64,000 nucleotides of DNA from an uncultured Collinsella sp. (GTDB lineage: Bacteria > Actinomycetota > Coriobacteriia > Coriobacteriales > Coriobacteriaceae), in assembly GCA_902491565.1 (NCBI GenBank), contig CABUIE010000003.1:40111-104110 (forward strand). Reading direction: 5' to 3'. Made by a program: the position numbers and the translations under genes. Positions 28,848 through 38,373 of this stretch are shown here, piece after piece (within the stretch, counting starts at the first letter, position 1; every line of letters begins with the position of its first letter). The notes under the pieces are model-generated. The model was not told the origin of the DNA, did no database searches, and worked only from the letters and a program-made list of their open reading frames with translations.

Positions 28848-30182
28848 ATGTCCCAGTCTTCGACGCCCGCCGTCACCGATGCCATCTACGATGCATCGTC
28901 GCTTGGCCGCCCGCGCATGTTCCTGCTCGGTCTGCAGCACCTGTTTGCCATGTTTGGCGCCACCGTGCTGGTGCCCGTGCTCACCGGTCTCTCGGTTTCG
29001 GCGACGCTTTTGTTTGCCGGCTTGGGCACGCTGCTGTTCCACTTCTTGTCGCGCGGTAAGGTGCCGGCATTTTTGGGCTCATCGTTTGCCTTTATCGCAG
29101 GCTATGCCGCAATCGCGCCCAACGGCGAGGCCGAGCTATTGCCCTACGCCTGCCTGGGCGTAGCCTGCGCCGGTCTACTCTATCCGGTGCTGGCGGCCCT
29201 GTTCCGCGCCTTTGGTGCCAAGCGCGTCATGCGCTTCTTCCCGCCGGTGGTGACGGGCCCTATCGTCATTTCCATCGGTCTGATCCTGGCAAGCTCCGCT
29301 ATTGCTAACTGCCAGACCAATTGGCTCGTCGCCGTTATCGCCGTGGCAGTGATCGTCATCTGCAACATCTGGGGCCGCGGCATGGTCAAGATCGTGCCGA
29401 TCCTGCTGGGCGTTGCGGTGAGCTATGCCGTTGCGACTGCGCTGGGCGAGGTCGACTTTACTGGCGTCGCAGCCGCTCCCTGGGTTGGTTTGCCCGTCGA
29501 GTGGGACAACACCGTCTTTGCGCTCTTTGGCCCGCAGTTCGATAGCGGCCTTGCCACGACGGCTATCATCACCATCATGCCGTTGGCCTTTGCAACCATG
29601 ATCGAGCATATCGGTGATATCTCCGCTATTGGCTCCACCTGTGAGCGCAACTACATCGCCGATCCCGGCTTGCATCGCACACTGCTCGGCGATGGACTCG
29701 CCACGATTCTGGCTTCGCTCTTTGGCGCTCCGGCCAACACCACGTATGGCGAGAACACCGGCGTGCTTGCCCTGACGCGTGTGTTTGACCCGCGCGTGAT
29801 TCGCATTGCCGCGTGCTGCGCTATCGTGCTTTCGTTCTGCCCCAAGTTCGCTGCCGTGATTGCCGCCATGCCGGCGTGTGTAATCGGCGGCGTGTCGCTT
29901 GTGCTCTACGGCATGATCAGTGCCGTAGGCGTGCGCAACCTCATTGAGAACCAGGTCGATTTCCAGAACAACCGCAATGTGCTGGTGGCGGCTCTGGTGC
30001 TCGTGCTTTCACTCGGCATTGCCTACAGCACCGCCGGTGCCATCGTGCTTGAGCTGGGCGGCGTGACGATTTCGCTTTCCGGCCTTGCAGTGGGCTCGCT
30101 GGTTGGCATCGTGCTCAACGCAATTCTGCCCGGCAATGATTTTGAGTTCGATGTCTCGGAACTCGAGGAGACTGCCGAATAG
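28848..30182 (+). CDS. Uracil-xanthine permease (NCS2, UraA/PyrP-like)
   Basis: GLQHLFAMFGATVLVP, LGSSFAF, EHIGD, NTTYGEN. Confidence 0.92.
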   Translation: MSQSSTPAVTDAIYDASSLGRPRMFLLGLQHLFAMFGATVLVPVLTGLSVSATLLFAGLGTLLFHFLSRGKVPAFLGSSFAFIAGYAAIAPNGEAELLPYACLGVACAGLLYPVLAALFRAFGAKRVMRFFPPVVTGPIVISIGLILASSAIANCQTNWLVAVIAVAVIVICNIWGRGMVKIVPILLGVAVSYAVATALGEVDFTGVAAAPWVGLPVEWDNTVFALFGPQFDSGLATTAIITIMPLAFATMIEHIGDISAIGSTCERNYIADPGLHRTLLGDGLATILASLFGAPANTTYGENTGVLALTRVFDPRVIRIAACCAIVLSFCPKFAAVIAAMPACVIGGVSLVLYGMISAVGVRNLIENQVDFQNNRNVLVAALVLVLSLGIAYSTAGAIVLELGGVTISLSGLAVGSLVGIVLNAILPGNDFEFDVSELEETAE

Positions 30183-30206
30183 CGGTTGTGCCCAAGTCAG
30201 TTAAAT

Positions 30207-30245
30207 AAGCCGGTCATGCGTCCGATGCGCATGGCCGGCTTTTTA
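30207..30245. terminator. Intrinsic terminator between convergent genes
   Basis: AAGCCGGTCATGCG...CGCATGGCCGGCTTTTT. Confidence 0.65.
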
Positions 30246-30908
30246 GTGCGCAAGGATCCAGCGTATGCCGCGGGCCATGCGCAGATCGGTTTGGGCAAAG
30301 TGGTTGCCGGGGTTGAGTTCCATCGTTGTTGGGATGCCGCGCTCGATGAGTAGCTCTTCCATTGCGCGCGTGTCGTCGAGTACGTGTCTCATCATGCGGT
30401 TGGGTGTCTTGGTTTCTTTTTTGCCGAGTGACAGATAGACGGCTTGCGGGCTGCCGGCAAAAGGGGTCGTGTTGGCACGGTCGACAAAGTCGGGAAACCA
30501 CAGCGACCCTGATGCGCTCGCCGCGCGGCCAAAGACATCGGTTTGCCAGAGAGCCCAAAGCGAAAAGAGGCCTGCCAGCGAGTAGCCGGCAATGCCGCGC
30601 CAGGTGGGCGGCTGAGGAAGCGACGACTCCACCTGAGGGATTATCCGATTCAGCAGCTCATCAAGAAAATCGGCAGCTTGGCCGCCGAAAGGCTCGGCAT
30701 CGCGTACGGTCCCGTCGCATGCCCAGGGGCTCAGCTCGCGATTCCAATCGAGCCCGCCAATGGTGACGAGGGCGAATGGCGGACAGTCGAGCTCTAGGCA
30801 ACACTTATAAACCTCGCTGCCGTCGCCCACGACCACAGGAAGGTAGATGACAGGCGCGCTTTCCGTATGATTCGAATAAACGGTTATCTGCTTTTGATGC
30901 GCTTCCAT
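30243..30908 (-). CDS. Alpha/beta-fold esterase
   Basis: GYSLAG nucleophile elbow, SGSLWF, NPGNHF. Confidence 0.85.
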   Translation of the reverse strand: MEAHQKQITVYSNHTESAPVIYLPVVVGDGSEVYKCCLELDCPPFALVTIGGLDWNRELSPWACDGTVRDAEPFGGQAADFLDELLNRIIPQVESSLPQPPTWRGIAGYSLAGLFSLWALWQTDVFGRAASASGSLWFPDFVDRANTTPFAGSPQAVYLSLGKKETKTPNRMMRHVLDDTRAMEELLIERGIPTTMELNPGNHFAQTDLRMARGIRWILAH

Positions 30909-31115
30909 GACGGGCTTCTCTCAGTGTTGTGATATCGGCAGCCCCAATTGTCGCACGCCAGCGTATGCCGGTTGGGCTAGACCAAAGACAATCTCGTGCA
31001 TCCCCTGCGGACTCATATGGAAAACGCCACCGCCGGAGGGGAGCTCGGCGGTGGCGTTGTTAAACGGTGCTGGGGCTCGGGGCCTTCGCGGGAGCTGCCA
31101 TGTGCGCAGAGGCGT

Positions 31116-32897
31116 TTAAGAACGCTTACGGCTCGCCATGGTGCCTGCGGCGATAGCGGCTGTTCCCGCAAGGACGGTTGCCACGATGGCCGCACCCGAG
31201 GTGTCGCCGGTTGCCGCGAGCACGCCGGTAGTCTTGGCTTTCGTGGTTGAAGCCGCAACGGCCTTGGTCGGCTTTGAGCCCTCAGGCTTGGGGTTCTGTT
31301 TGGACTCCGCGGGCTTGCTTTCTGCGGGCTTGGTCTCGTCGGGCTTGGGGTCTTCCGGCTTGGCTACCTCGGGAGGTGCGATGGTCGTACTTTTGGCGAC
31401 TGCTTTGATATAGAGGGAGTCGACCGTGGCGTCGCCCGTGCCGATGGCCTGGCCTGCCTCGTAGATGCCGTCACGGAGCTTGCGATAGTCAATGACCTTG
31501 CCGCCTTCGGGCGTCTGGATGGCGGCGTTCTCAATCTTGATGGTGCCGATTGTCTTGCCGTCGGCGCTCATGGCACGGGCAAAGATTGCCGCTGTATCTC
31601 CTTCGGCCGTTACCTTGCTGCGGATGATCGAGATGACTGCGGGTGTGACGCCCTCGCTGGTCTGGGCGATGATGCCGATGTTCTCGCCTTGGGGTTCGCG
31701 CCTCGTCTCGCCATCTTGGTTTTCGCTGTAGGGGATGGGGCCGTCGCCGTTCTCGACATAGCGGGCTATGGCCTTGACAACGGAGTCGCTGATGTAGATG
31801 TGGCCGCCCTTCTCGTTGGGTCGATCGTTTCTGGTGGAGAATGCAGCCGAAACCTCGCCTTCCGCAAACGCGTCCACGGTGGAGCCGTTCTTGATGTCGA
31901 TGTCGCCCCCGTCAGTGATGAGGGCGATGGCCTGGCCGCCGTTCGCGCTGGTACGGACCGTCACGGTCGCGTGATCGAGCGTAACGCCCTTGTGGGCATA
32001 GACGCCATATTCAACACCGCTTGCGTCAAGGGAGGCGTTCGTGACCGCGAGACTGCCCTCAGTGTCGACGGCAAGATATCCCTCGGCGTTTGCCTTGACC
32101 TGGCTGCCGTCCGAGATGTTGATATTGCCGCCGCTCCAAAGGGCCTCACCATCGGCTGAGCTTGCCTTGACCGTCCCACCACCCTTGATGGTGAGGTTCT
32201 TGTCGGCTCCAATACCCTTGTCCTTGGTAGCCCTGGCGGTGACGGCTCCGCTGTCGTCAATCGTGATATTGCCGTTTGCCCTGATGCCATCCGATGCACC
32301 CGTGGCGTTGACGTTGCCCGAACCTTTGATAGCGAGATCACCTCCGGCATTGATGGCATCAAACTCAGTGCTCGTGGCGTAGACGGATCCGGCTCCGTCG
32401 ATGTTGATATTACCCGTGGAGAGGATAGCGTCCTCAGTAGATGTCACGCTGAGCGTGCCGCCCTCGTCGCCTTGGATATTGAGCTCGGCATTCTCGTTAG
32501 TGCCATGAGAAACGTTGATGCTTTCGATCAATTCGGCAGTGACGATGTTGGTTCCCGAGTAATTCACGTTGAGCTTGCCTGCGGCCTGGATCTCGCCGCC
32601 GTTATAGTTGTTGAGCTTCAAGTCGTCGGCGCCGTCCCACGACCAGGTACCGGCCTCGTCGCTCGCCGCGGTGTTGTACTTGTTGCCGCCGACCTTGACC
32701 CATTCCGCTGCGAGCGAGACGCTCGGCATGAGCAGCGAGCTCACCGTGAGCGCGCACACGGCGCCCGCGACGATGCGGCGCGTCACGCGGCGCCAGCTGC
32801 CGTGCGCGAGTCCTATGCGACGGCGAACGTCGGGTTCGGCAACATGGGTTCCGGCGGTAGTGTCATTGCGTTTGGGGGTCGTGAACAAGGCTGCCAT
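31116..32897 (-). CDS. Sortase-anchored beta-helix-like surface protein, copy A
   Basis: Signal peptide ...SVSLA; G/I/T/D beta-solenoid repeats; KPE/KPAES linker; LAATGD + TM + RKRS. Confidence 0.85.
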   Translation of the reverse strand: MAALFTTPKRNDTTAGTHVAEPDVRRRIGLAHGSWRRVTRRIVAGAVCALTVSSLLMPSVSLAAEWVKVGGNKYNTAASDEAGTWSWDGADDLKLNNYNGGEIQAAGKLNVNYSGTNIVTAELIESINVSHGTNENAELNIQGDEGGTLSVTSTEDAILSTGNINIDGAGSVYATSTEFDAINAGGDLAIKGSGNVNATGASDGIRANGNITIDDSGAVTARATKDKGIGADKNLTIKGGGTVKASSADGEALWSGGNINISDGSQVKANAEGYLAVDTEGSLAVTNASLDASGVEYGVYAHKGVTLDHATVTVRTSANGGQAIALITDGGDIDIKNGSTVDAFAEGEVSAAFSTRNDRPNEKGGHIYISDSVVKAIARYVENGDGPIPYSENQDGETRREPQGENIGIIAQTSEGVTPAVISIIRSKVTAEGDTAAIFARAMSADGKTIGTIKIENAAIQTPEGGKVIDYRKLRDGIYEAGQAIGTGDATVDSLYIKAVAKSTTIAPPEVAKPEDPKPDETKPAESKPAESKQNPKPEGSKPTKAVAASTTKAKTTGVLAATGDTSGAAIVATVLAGTAAIAAGTMASRKRS

Positions 32898-33101
32898 GGT
32901 TGCTCCCGTTCTCATAGGGCCTATACGACTAGATTCAGCGTATCTGCTGGATGTTGCCGGCGGTAGTGCCGTTTGGAGGGCAAAATGGCCAAAATGAGGG
33001 AGAAATAGGCCGCACGCCGGCGCAGGGACCGGCGCTAAAAGAAAAGCGCGGGGCCGCATGGCGACTCCGCGCTTTATTGTTCAGCTTTTGCAGCCTTGCC
33101 C

Positions 33102-33146
33102 TTACGCTACGAAGAAGTAGACGAGGAAGGCAAGGGCCGCGATCCA
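33102..33146 (-). repeat. Duplicated last 15 codons of the NCS2 permease
   Basis: Encodes WIAALAFLVYFFVA*, the same peptide as 35161-35205. Confidence 0.9.
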
Positions 33147-33168
33147 CCCGTCCCGTGCGAAAAAGTGT

Positions 33169-34953
33169 TTACGAGCGCTTGCGGCTCACCACGGCGCCCG
33201 CGGCGATGGCGGCTGTTCCTGCAAGGGCGGCTGCCACGATGGCTGCGTTCGAGGCGTCGCCGGTTGCCGCGAGCTTGCCGGTGGTCTTGGCTCCCGTGGC
33301 TGCAACTGCAACGGTCTTGGTCGTCTTCGTGCCCTCGGACTTGGAACCCTCGGGCTTGGTCTCGCCGTGCTTCTCCTCGGGTTTGGTCTCCTCGGGAGGC
33401 ATGATGACCGTGCTCTTGGCGACAGCTTCGTTATAGGGGGAGTCGATCGTGGTGTCGCCCGTGCCGATGGTTTGACCTGCCTCGTAGGAGATGCTGGGGC
33501 CGTACTCTTCTTCGTAGCGATAGTTAATGATCTTGCCGCCTGCGGGCGTCTGGATGGGAGCGCCTTCGATCTCGATGGTGCCGATCGCCTTGCCATCCTC
33601 GCTTATGGCAAGAGCGAAGATTGCCGCCGTGTCTCCCTCGGCCGTGAGCTTGCTACGGACGATCGAGATACTCGCGGGCGCGATGCCCTCGTAGGTCTGG
33701 GCGAAGATACCGATGTTCAGACCCCTAGGCTCAGGGATGACCTGGCCGCTTTGGTCGTTGCTGTAGTGACCGGGGCCGTCGCTACCGGACTCGACATAGC
33801 GGGCTATAGCCTTGACAACGGAGTCGCTGATGTAGATGTGTCCGCCAGCGACGTTTGGCTGGTGGTTTCTGGTAGAGATTGCAACCGAGAATTTGCCTTC
33901 CGCGAACGCGTCCACGATGGAACCATTCTTGATGACGATGTCGTCCCCGTCAGTGATGAGGGCGATGGCCTGGCCGCCGCTCGCGCTTGTACGGACCGTC
34001 ACGGTCGCGTGATCGAGCGTAACGCCCTTGTAGGCATAGACACCATATTCAACACCGCTTGCGTCAAGGGAGGCGTTCGTGACCGCGAGACTGCCCTCAG
34101 TGTCGACGGCAAGATCCTCCTCGGAGTTTGCCTTAACCTGGCTGCCGCCTGAGATGTTGATGCCGTCTTCAGCCCAAATCGCTGCTTCTTCTATAGAGCT
34201 TGCCTCTACCTTGCCGCTGCCTTTGATGATCAGGTCACTGCCCGCGGCGATGCCATAGCCTTCGCCTCCTTTAGCGATCACGGTGCCAGAGGAATCGATG
34301 GTGGTCTTGCCCTTGGATTGGATACCTTCGGTACCGCCCGTTGCATTCACGGTGCCCGAGCCCGTGATAGAGAGGTCGCCCTTTGCCTCAATTCCGTCGG
34401 AAGTAGTGCTTGTGGTGTTCACGGTGCCTGGGCCAGAAATGGAGAGGTCGCCTGTGGATTTAATTGCATCGGCCTCGGCTGTCACATTGAGCTCATCCGT
34501 GCTATTCGAGCTCGTTATGTTCAACTCTGCTTTCTGGCTAGTGCCATCCTGCGTCTTGATGGCGGCTCCGGTGTAATCGGGCTCGGTTTTCACGGTGTTC
34601 TTGCCCTCGTAGGCAATGTTGAGCTTGCCCTCGGCCTCGATTGCACCGCCGTTATAGCCGTTGAGCTTCATGTCGTCGGCGCCGTCCCAGCTCCAGGTGC
34701 CAGCCTCGTCACCCGCCGCGGTGCCAGCGTCATACCGGCTGCCGCCGACGTCCACCCACTCGGCCGCGAGCGAGACGCTCGGCATGAGCAGCGAGCTCAC
34801 CGTAAGCGCGCATACGGCGCCTACAACGATGCGGCGTGTCACGCGGCGCCAGCTTCCGTGTGCGAGCAGCGTGCGACGACGCACGTCGGGCTCGACAAAA
34901 TGGGCTCCAGAGGTTTTGTCATTGCGCTTGGGGGTCGTGAACAAGGCGGCCAT
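33169..34953 (-). CDS. Sortase-anchored beta-helix-like surface protein, copy B
   Basis: Paralogue of 31116-32897 with similar signal peptide and LAATGD anchor. Confidence 0.85.
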   Translation of the reverse strand: MAALFTTPKRNDKTSGAHFVEPDVRRRTLLAHGSWRRVTRRIVVGAVCALTVSSLLMPSVSLAAEWVDVGGSRYDAGTAAGDEAGTWSWDGADDMKLNGYNGGAIEAEGKLNIAYEGKNTVKTEPDYTGAAIKTQDGTSQKAELNITSSNSTDELNVTAEADAIKSTGDLSISGPGTVNTTSTTSDGIEAKGDLSITGSGTVNATGGTEGIQSKGKTTIDSSGTVIAKGGEGYGIAAGSDLIIKGSGKVEASSIEEAAIWAEDGINISGGSQVKANSEEDLAVDTEGSLAVTNASLDASGVEYGVYAYKGVTLDHATVTVRTSASGGQAIALITDGDDIVIKNGSIVDAFAEGKFSVAISTRNHQPNVAGGHIYISDSVVKAIARYVESGSDGPGHYSNDQSGQVIPEPRGLNIGIFAQTYEGIAPASISIVRSKLTAEGDTAAIFALAISEDGKAIGTIEIEGAPIQTPAGGKIINYRYEEEYGPSISYEAGQTIGTGDTTIDSPYNEAVAKSTVIMPPEETKPEEKHGETKPEGSKSEGTKTTKTVAVAATGAKTTGKLAATGDASNAAIVAAALAGTAAIAAGAVVSRKRS

Positions 34954-35160
34954 GGTTACTCCCATCCTCATAGGGCCTATGCGATTACGCCCAGCATATC
35001 TGCAGGATGTAACCGGCGGTAGTGCCGTTTGGAGGGCAAAATGTCCAAAACTTGGGAAGCAATACATCGCGCGTCCGTGCGTTGCCTGGCTTTAAAAGAA
35101 AAGCGCGGAGCCGCTCGATGCGACTCCGCGCCTTGGTGTTCTGCTTTGGCAGCTTTGCCG

Positions 35161-36471
35161 CTACGCTACAAAGAAGTAGACGAGGAAGGCGAGGGCTGCG
35201 ATCCACATGAGCGGCTTGATCTTGGAGGCCTCGCCCTTAAAGAGCGCGACGATCACGTAGGCGATAAAGCCCAGGCCAATGCCGGCAGAGATGGAGTAGG
35301 TGAAGGGCACGCCGGCGACAATCATGAACGCCGGGAAGCCCTGCGACACGTCGGACCAGTCGATCTCGGAGGCCTCGCTCATCATGAGGTAGCCGACATA
35401 GACCAGGGCACCGCAGGTGGCGGCGCTGGAAACGATGGTGACGATGGGGGAGAAGAACGCGGCGAGAATGAACAGCACGCCGGTGGTGACGGAGGTGAGG
35501 CCCGTGCGGCCACCGTCGGCGGCGCCGGAAGTGGACTCGACGAAGGTGGTGATGGAGGAGACGCCCATGAAACCGCCCACAGCAGCGGCGGCGGAGTCGA
35601 CGATCAAGATCTCCTTGATATTCTCGACGTTGCCGTCGTCGGTGAGGAACTCGCCCTGCTTGGCCACGGCCATCGCGGTGCCCATGGTGTCGAAGAAGTC
35701 ACTCATGAGCAGCGAGAACGAGATGACGAGGAGCGCGGGGTCGGTAAGGACCTTGACGATGGCGGGCACGCCGCCGGCGTCGGCGATAGGGCCACCGATG
35801 CTCGAGAAGTCGAGCGGGGCGATGATGCCGGTCGGAGCCTGGGTCACACCTAGGGGGATACCGGCGATGACGGCGACGACGATGCCGATGAGCAGCGAGC
35901 CGGGGACGTTGCGGCAGGCGAGGGCGACCGTCACCAGGATGGAGATGATGCCGACGATGAAGGTGGGGGAGGTGATGTCGCCCAGACCGACGAGTGTACC
36001 GGCGCCAGCGGTGATAATGCCGGCATCGCACAGGCCAATCATGGCGATGAACAGGCCCAGACCCACCGAGATGGCGTGACGCAGGACAACCGGGATGGCG
36101 TCCATGATGGCCTCGCGCAGGCCACAAAGCACGAGCAGCAAGATGACGACGCCCTCAAGGAAGATGACGCTCATGGCCACGTGCCAGTCACCGCCGGAGA
36201 CGGTGGTGGTGATTCCGGCGATCATCGCGTTGACGCCTAAGCCCGACGCGCAGGCGAGCGGGCGGTTGGCGAAGATGCCCATGCAGATGGTCATGATGCC
36301 GGCGCCCAGGCAGGTGGCGCAGGCGAGCGCTCCCGCATCGATGCCAGCGCCCGAGAGCACCGCGGGGTTGACGGCGATGATGTAGGCCATCGCCAGGAAT
36401 GTTGTCAGTCCAGCGCGAAGTTCGGTCCCGATTGTGGACTTGCGCTCACTGACGTGAAATAGTTCGTCCAT
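35161..36471 (-). CDS. NCS2/AzgA-family purine permease (PbuG-like)
   Basis: ELRAGLTTFLAMAYII.VNP, DFFDTMGT, FVESTSG...GGRTGLT, PFTYSI. Confidence 0.92.
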   Translation of the reverse strand: MDELFHVSERKSTIGTELRAGLTTFLAMAYIIAVNPAVLSGAGIDAGALACATCLGAGIMTICMGIFANRPLACASGLGVNAMIAGITTTVSGGDWHVAMSVIFLEGVVILLLVLCGLREAIMDAIPVVLRHAISVGLGLFIAMIGLCDAGIITAGAGTLVGLGDITSPTFIVGIISILVTVALACRNVPGSLLIGIVVAVIAGIPLGVTQAPTGIIAPLDFSSIGGPIADAGGVPAIVKVLTDPALLVISFSLLMSDFFDTMGTAMAVAKQGEFLTDDGNVENIKEILIVDSAAAAVGGFMGVSSITTFVESTSGAADGGRTGLTSVTTGVLFILAAFFSPIVTIVSSAATCGALVYVGYLMMSEASEIDWSDVSQGFPAFMIVAGVPFTYSISAGIGLGFIAYVIVALFKGEASKIKPLMWIAALAFLVYFFVA

Positions 36472-36664
36472 GCATACCCTTTCCTTGTTCGGCCCCGAGT
36501 TTAGGCCGATTGACACGAACGCTCCCACTATAGCCCCTTTACGACGCTGTTGTTCCTCGCATGTTGATGTTCGGCGCTTTGTAGCAGACGGACGGTATTT
36601 TTCGCATGAAAATGTGTGGGTACCGTATACTTAAGCGGTTACAACGACCCCTATGGAGGAACGT

Positions 36665-37084
36665 ATGATTAAAGAGCTTTGCCACGACGAGGCTATCCTG
36701 TCCCAGCGTTGCGAGGTTGCGACCGTCGAGGACGAGTCGGTTGCTCAGGATCTGATCGATACCATCAAGTCGCTCGACGATGCCGGCTGCCTTGCCGCTA
36801 ACCAGATTGGCGTTACCAAGAAGGTTTGCGTCTACCTGGACGATGCCGGCGAGCCCCACGTGCTCTACAACCCCCGTCTGGTGTTTGGCCTGGGCGCCAG
36901 CAAGATGGAGGAGAGCTGCCTGACGCACGAGGGGGTCACCAAGTCCACGCGCTATATCAAGTGCAAGGTTGCCTTTGATCAGATTGTCGACGGCAAGATG
37001 AAGGAGTGCCGCCGCGACTACGCGGGCTTTGAGGCGCAGATGATCCAGCATATGATCGATCACTGTCTTGGAAAGTTGGTCTAA
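36665..37084 (+). CDS. Peptide-deformylase-like protein with degenerate active site
   Basis: AGCLAANQIG, ESCLT, QHMIDH (Glu of HExxH replaced by Met). Confidence 0.8.
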   Translation: MIKELCHDEAILSQRCEVATVEDESVAQDLIDTIKSLDDAGCLAANQIGVTKKVCVYLDDAGEPHVLYNPRLVFGLGASKMEESCLTHEGVTKSTRYIKCKVAFDQIVDGKMKECRRDYAGFEAQMIQHMIDHCLGKLV

Positions 37085-37187
37085 GGGGACCAAAGCACCG
37101 CACCTTGCCGCTCAATCGTCGCTCGCGTACCTTAAGCACGCTTCGCTCCTCTTTCGTGGCAATCTGCGGCACTTTGACCCCTTAGAC
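37079..37187. repeat. ~109-bp palindromic MITE/REP-like element
   Basis: Terminal arms GTCTAAGGGG(A)CCAAAG / CTTTGACCCCTTAGAC. Confidence 0.6.
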
Positions 37188-37328
37188 GACCTGCGGGGTT
37201 AACTTGGTTGAGTTTATCCTGCTTGAATAGCCCGGGCATGACATTGTTGTCATGTCCGGGCTTTTGTGTTTAGCGCCTTTTTGTTTGGAGACAATGAAAT
37301 TAGCAAGAACGTAAAGCTAGGAGGCGCT

Positions 37329-38294
37329 ATGTGTACGAGTATTCGATTTACCGATAATTCTGGCCACATGTATCTGGGCCGCAATCTCGACTGGAGCTTT
37401 GACTACGGCCAACAGGTTCGCGTGATGCCGCGCGGGTTTCACATTCCGTATTCGTTTATCGACGATGCGTCGGCGGCACACGCGGTGATCGGTATGTGCA
37501 TCGATTACAAGAACTATCCCATGTTTTTCGATTGCGGTAACGATGCGGGCCTCGCCGTGGCGGGTCTCAATTTCCCGGGTTATGCCGAGTATGCCGAGGA
37601 CCCTGTCGACGGCAAGACCAATATCGCGGCCTATGAGTTCCCCCTGTGGGTGGCAGCGACGTTCTCGACGGTCGATGAGGTCGAGGCCGCGCTGCGCGAC
37701 ACGGTGATTGTCGCCAAATCTGCCGGAGAGGGGCTGGGCGTGTCGCTGCTCCATTGGATTATCGGCGACAGCCAGCGCAGCATCGTGGTCGAGATGATGG
37801 CTGACGGGCTGCATGTATACGACGATCCGGTCGACACCCTTGCCAACCAGCCGACCTTCCCGTGGCACATGGAAAACCTCCGCACCTATATCACCGCCAC
37901 AAGCGATTTTCCGCAGACGGCGACATGGCGTGGCGCCGAGCTCAAGCCCTATGGAGCCGGTGCCGGCATGCGCGGCATTCCGGGCGATTGCTATTCGCCG
38001 AGCCGTTTTGTAAAGGCGGCGTACCTCAATGCCAATTACCCGCAAAAGGAGAGCGAGACCGAAAACGTCGTTCGCATGTTCCGCTCGCTCGAGGGCGTGG
38101 TGATGATCGAGGGGGCGTCCAGGATGGGCGATGGCAAGTTCGAGAAGACTATCTACACCGGATGCTTTAGCGCGCGCACGGGCAATTATTACTACGCGAT
38201 GTATGGGGATCCGTCGATTCGCTACGTGAGCCTGATGGATGCCGAGGGCGCGAGCCCCGATAGGCTCGTGGTTCCCGAGCCGCGTCGTTCGTAG
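37329..38294 (+). CDS. bsh: Choloylglycine (bile salt) hydrolase / Ntn hydrolase
   Basis: N-terminal MCT nucleophile, GRNLD, GLNFPG, LHWIIGD, IPGD..SPSRF. Confidence 0.88.
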   Translation: MCTSIRFTDNSGHMYLGRNLDWSFDYGQQVRVMPRGFHIPYSFIDDASAAHAVIGMCIDYKNYPMFFDCGNDAGLAVAGLNFPGYAEYAEDPVDGKTNIAAYEFPLWVAATFSTVDEVEAALRDTVIVAKSAGEGLGVSLLHWIIGDSQRSIVVEMMADGLHVYDDPVDTLANQPTFPWHMENLRTYITATSDFPQTATWRGAELKPYGAGAGMRGIPGDCYSPSRFVKAAYLNANYPQKESETENVVRMFRSLEGVVMIEGASRMGDGKFEKTIYTGCFSARTGNYYYAMYGDPSIRYVSLMDAEGASPDRLVVPEPRRS

Positions 38295-38373
38295 CCGATG
38301 GCTTTACCGCAATGCAAAGCGGCCCTGCATCTCCCGTGAGGTGCAGGGCCGCTGTCGTTGATTTGTGACGTCG

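Noticed and set aside
36472..36650. Purine riboswitch upstream of the NCS2 permease
   Set aside because: No purine-aptamer core motifs seen on the minus strand
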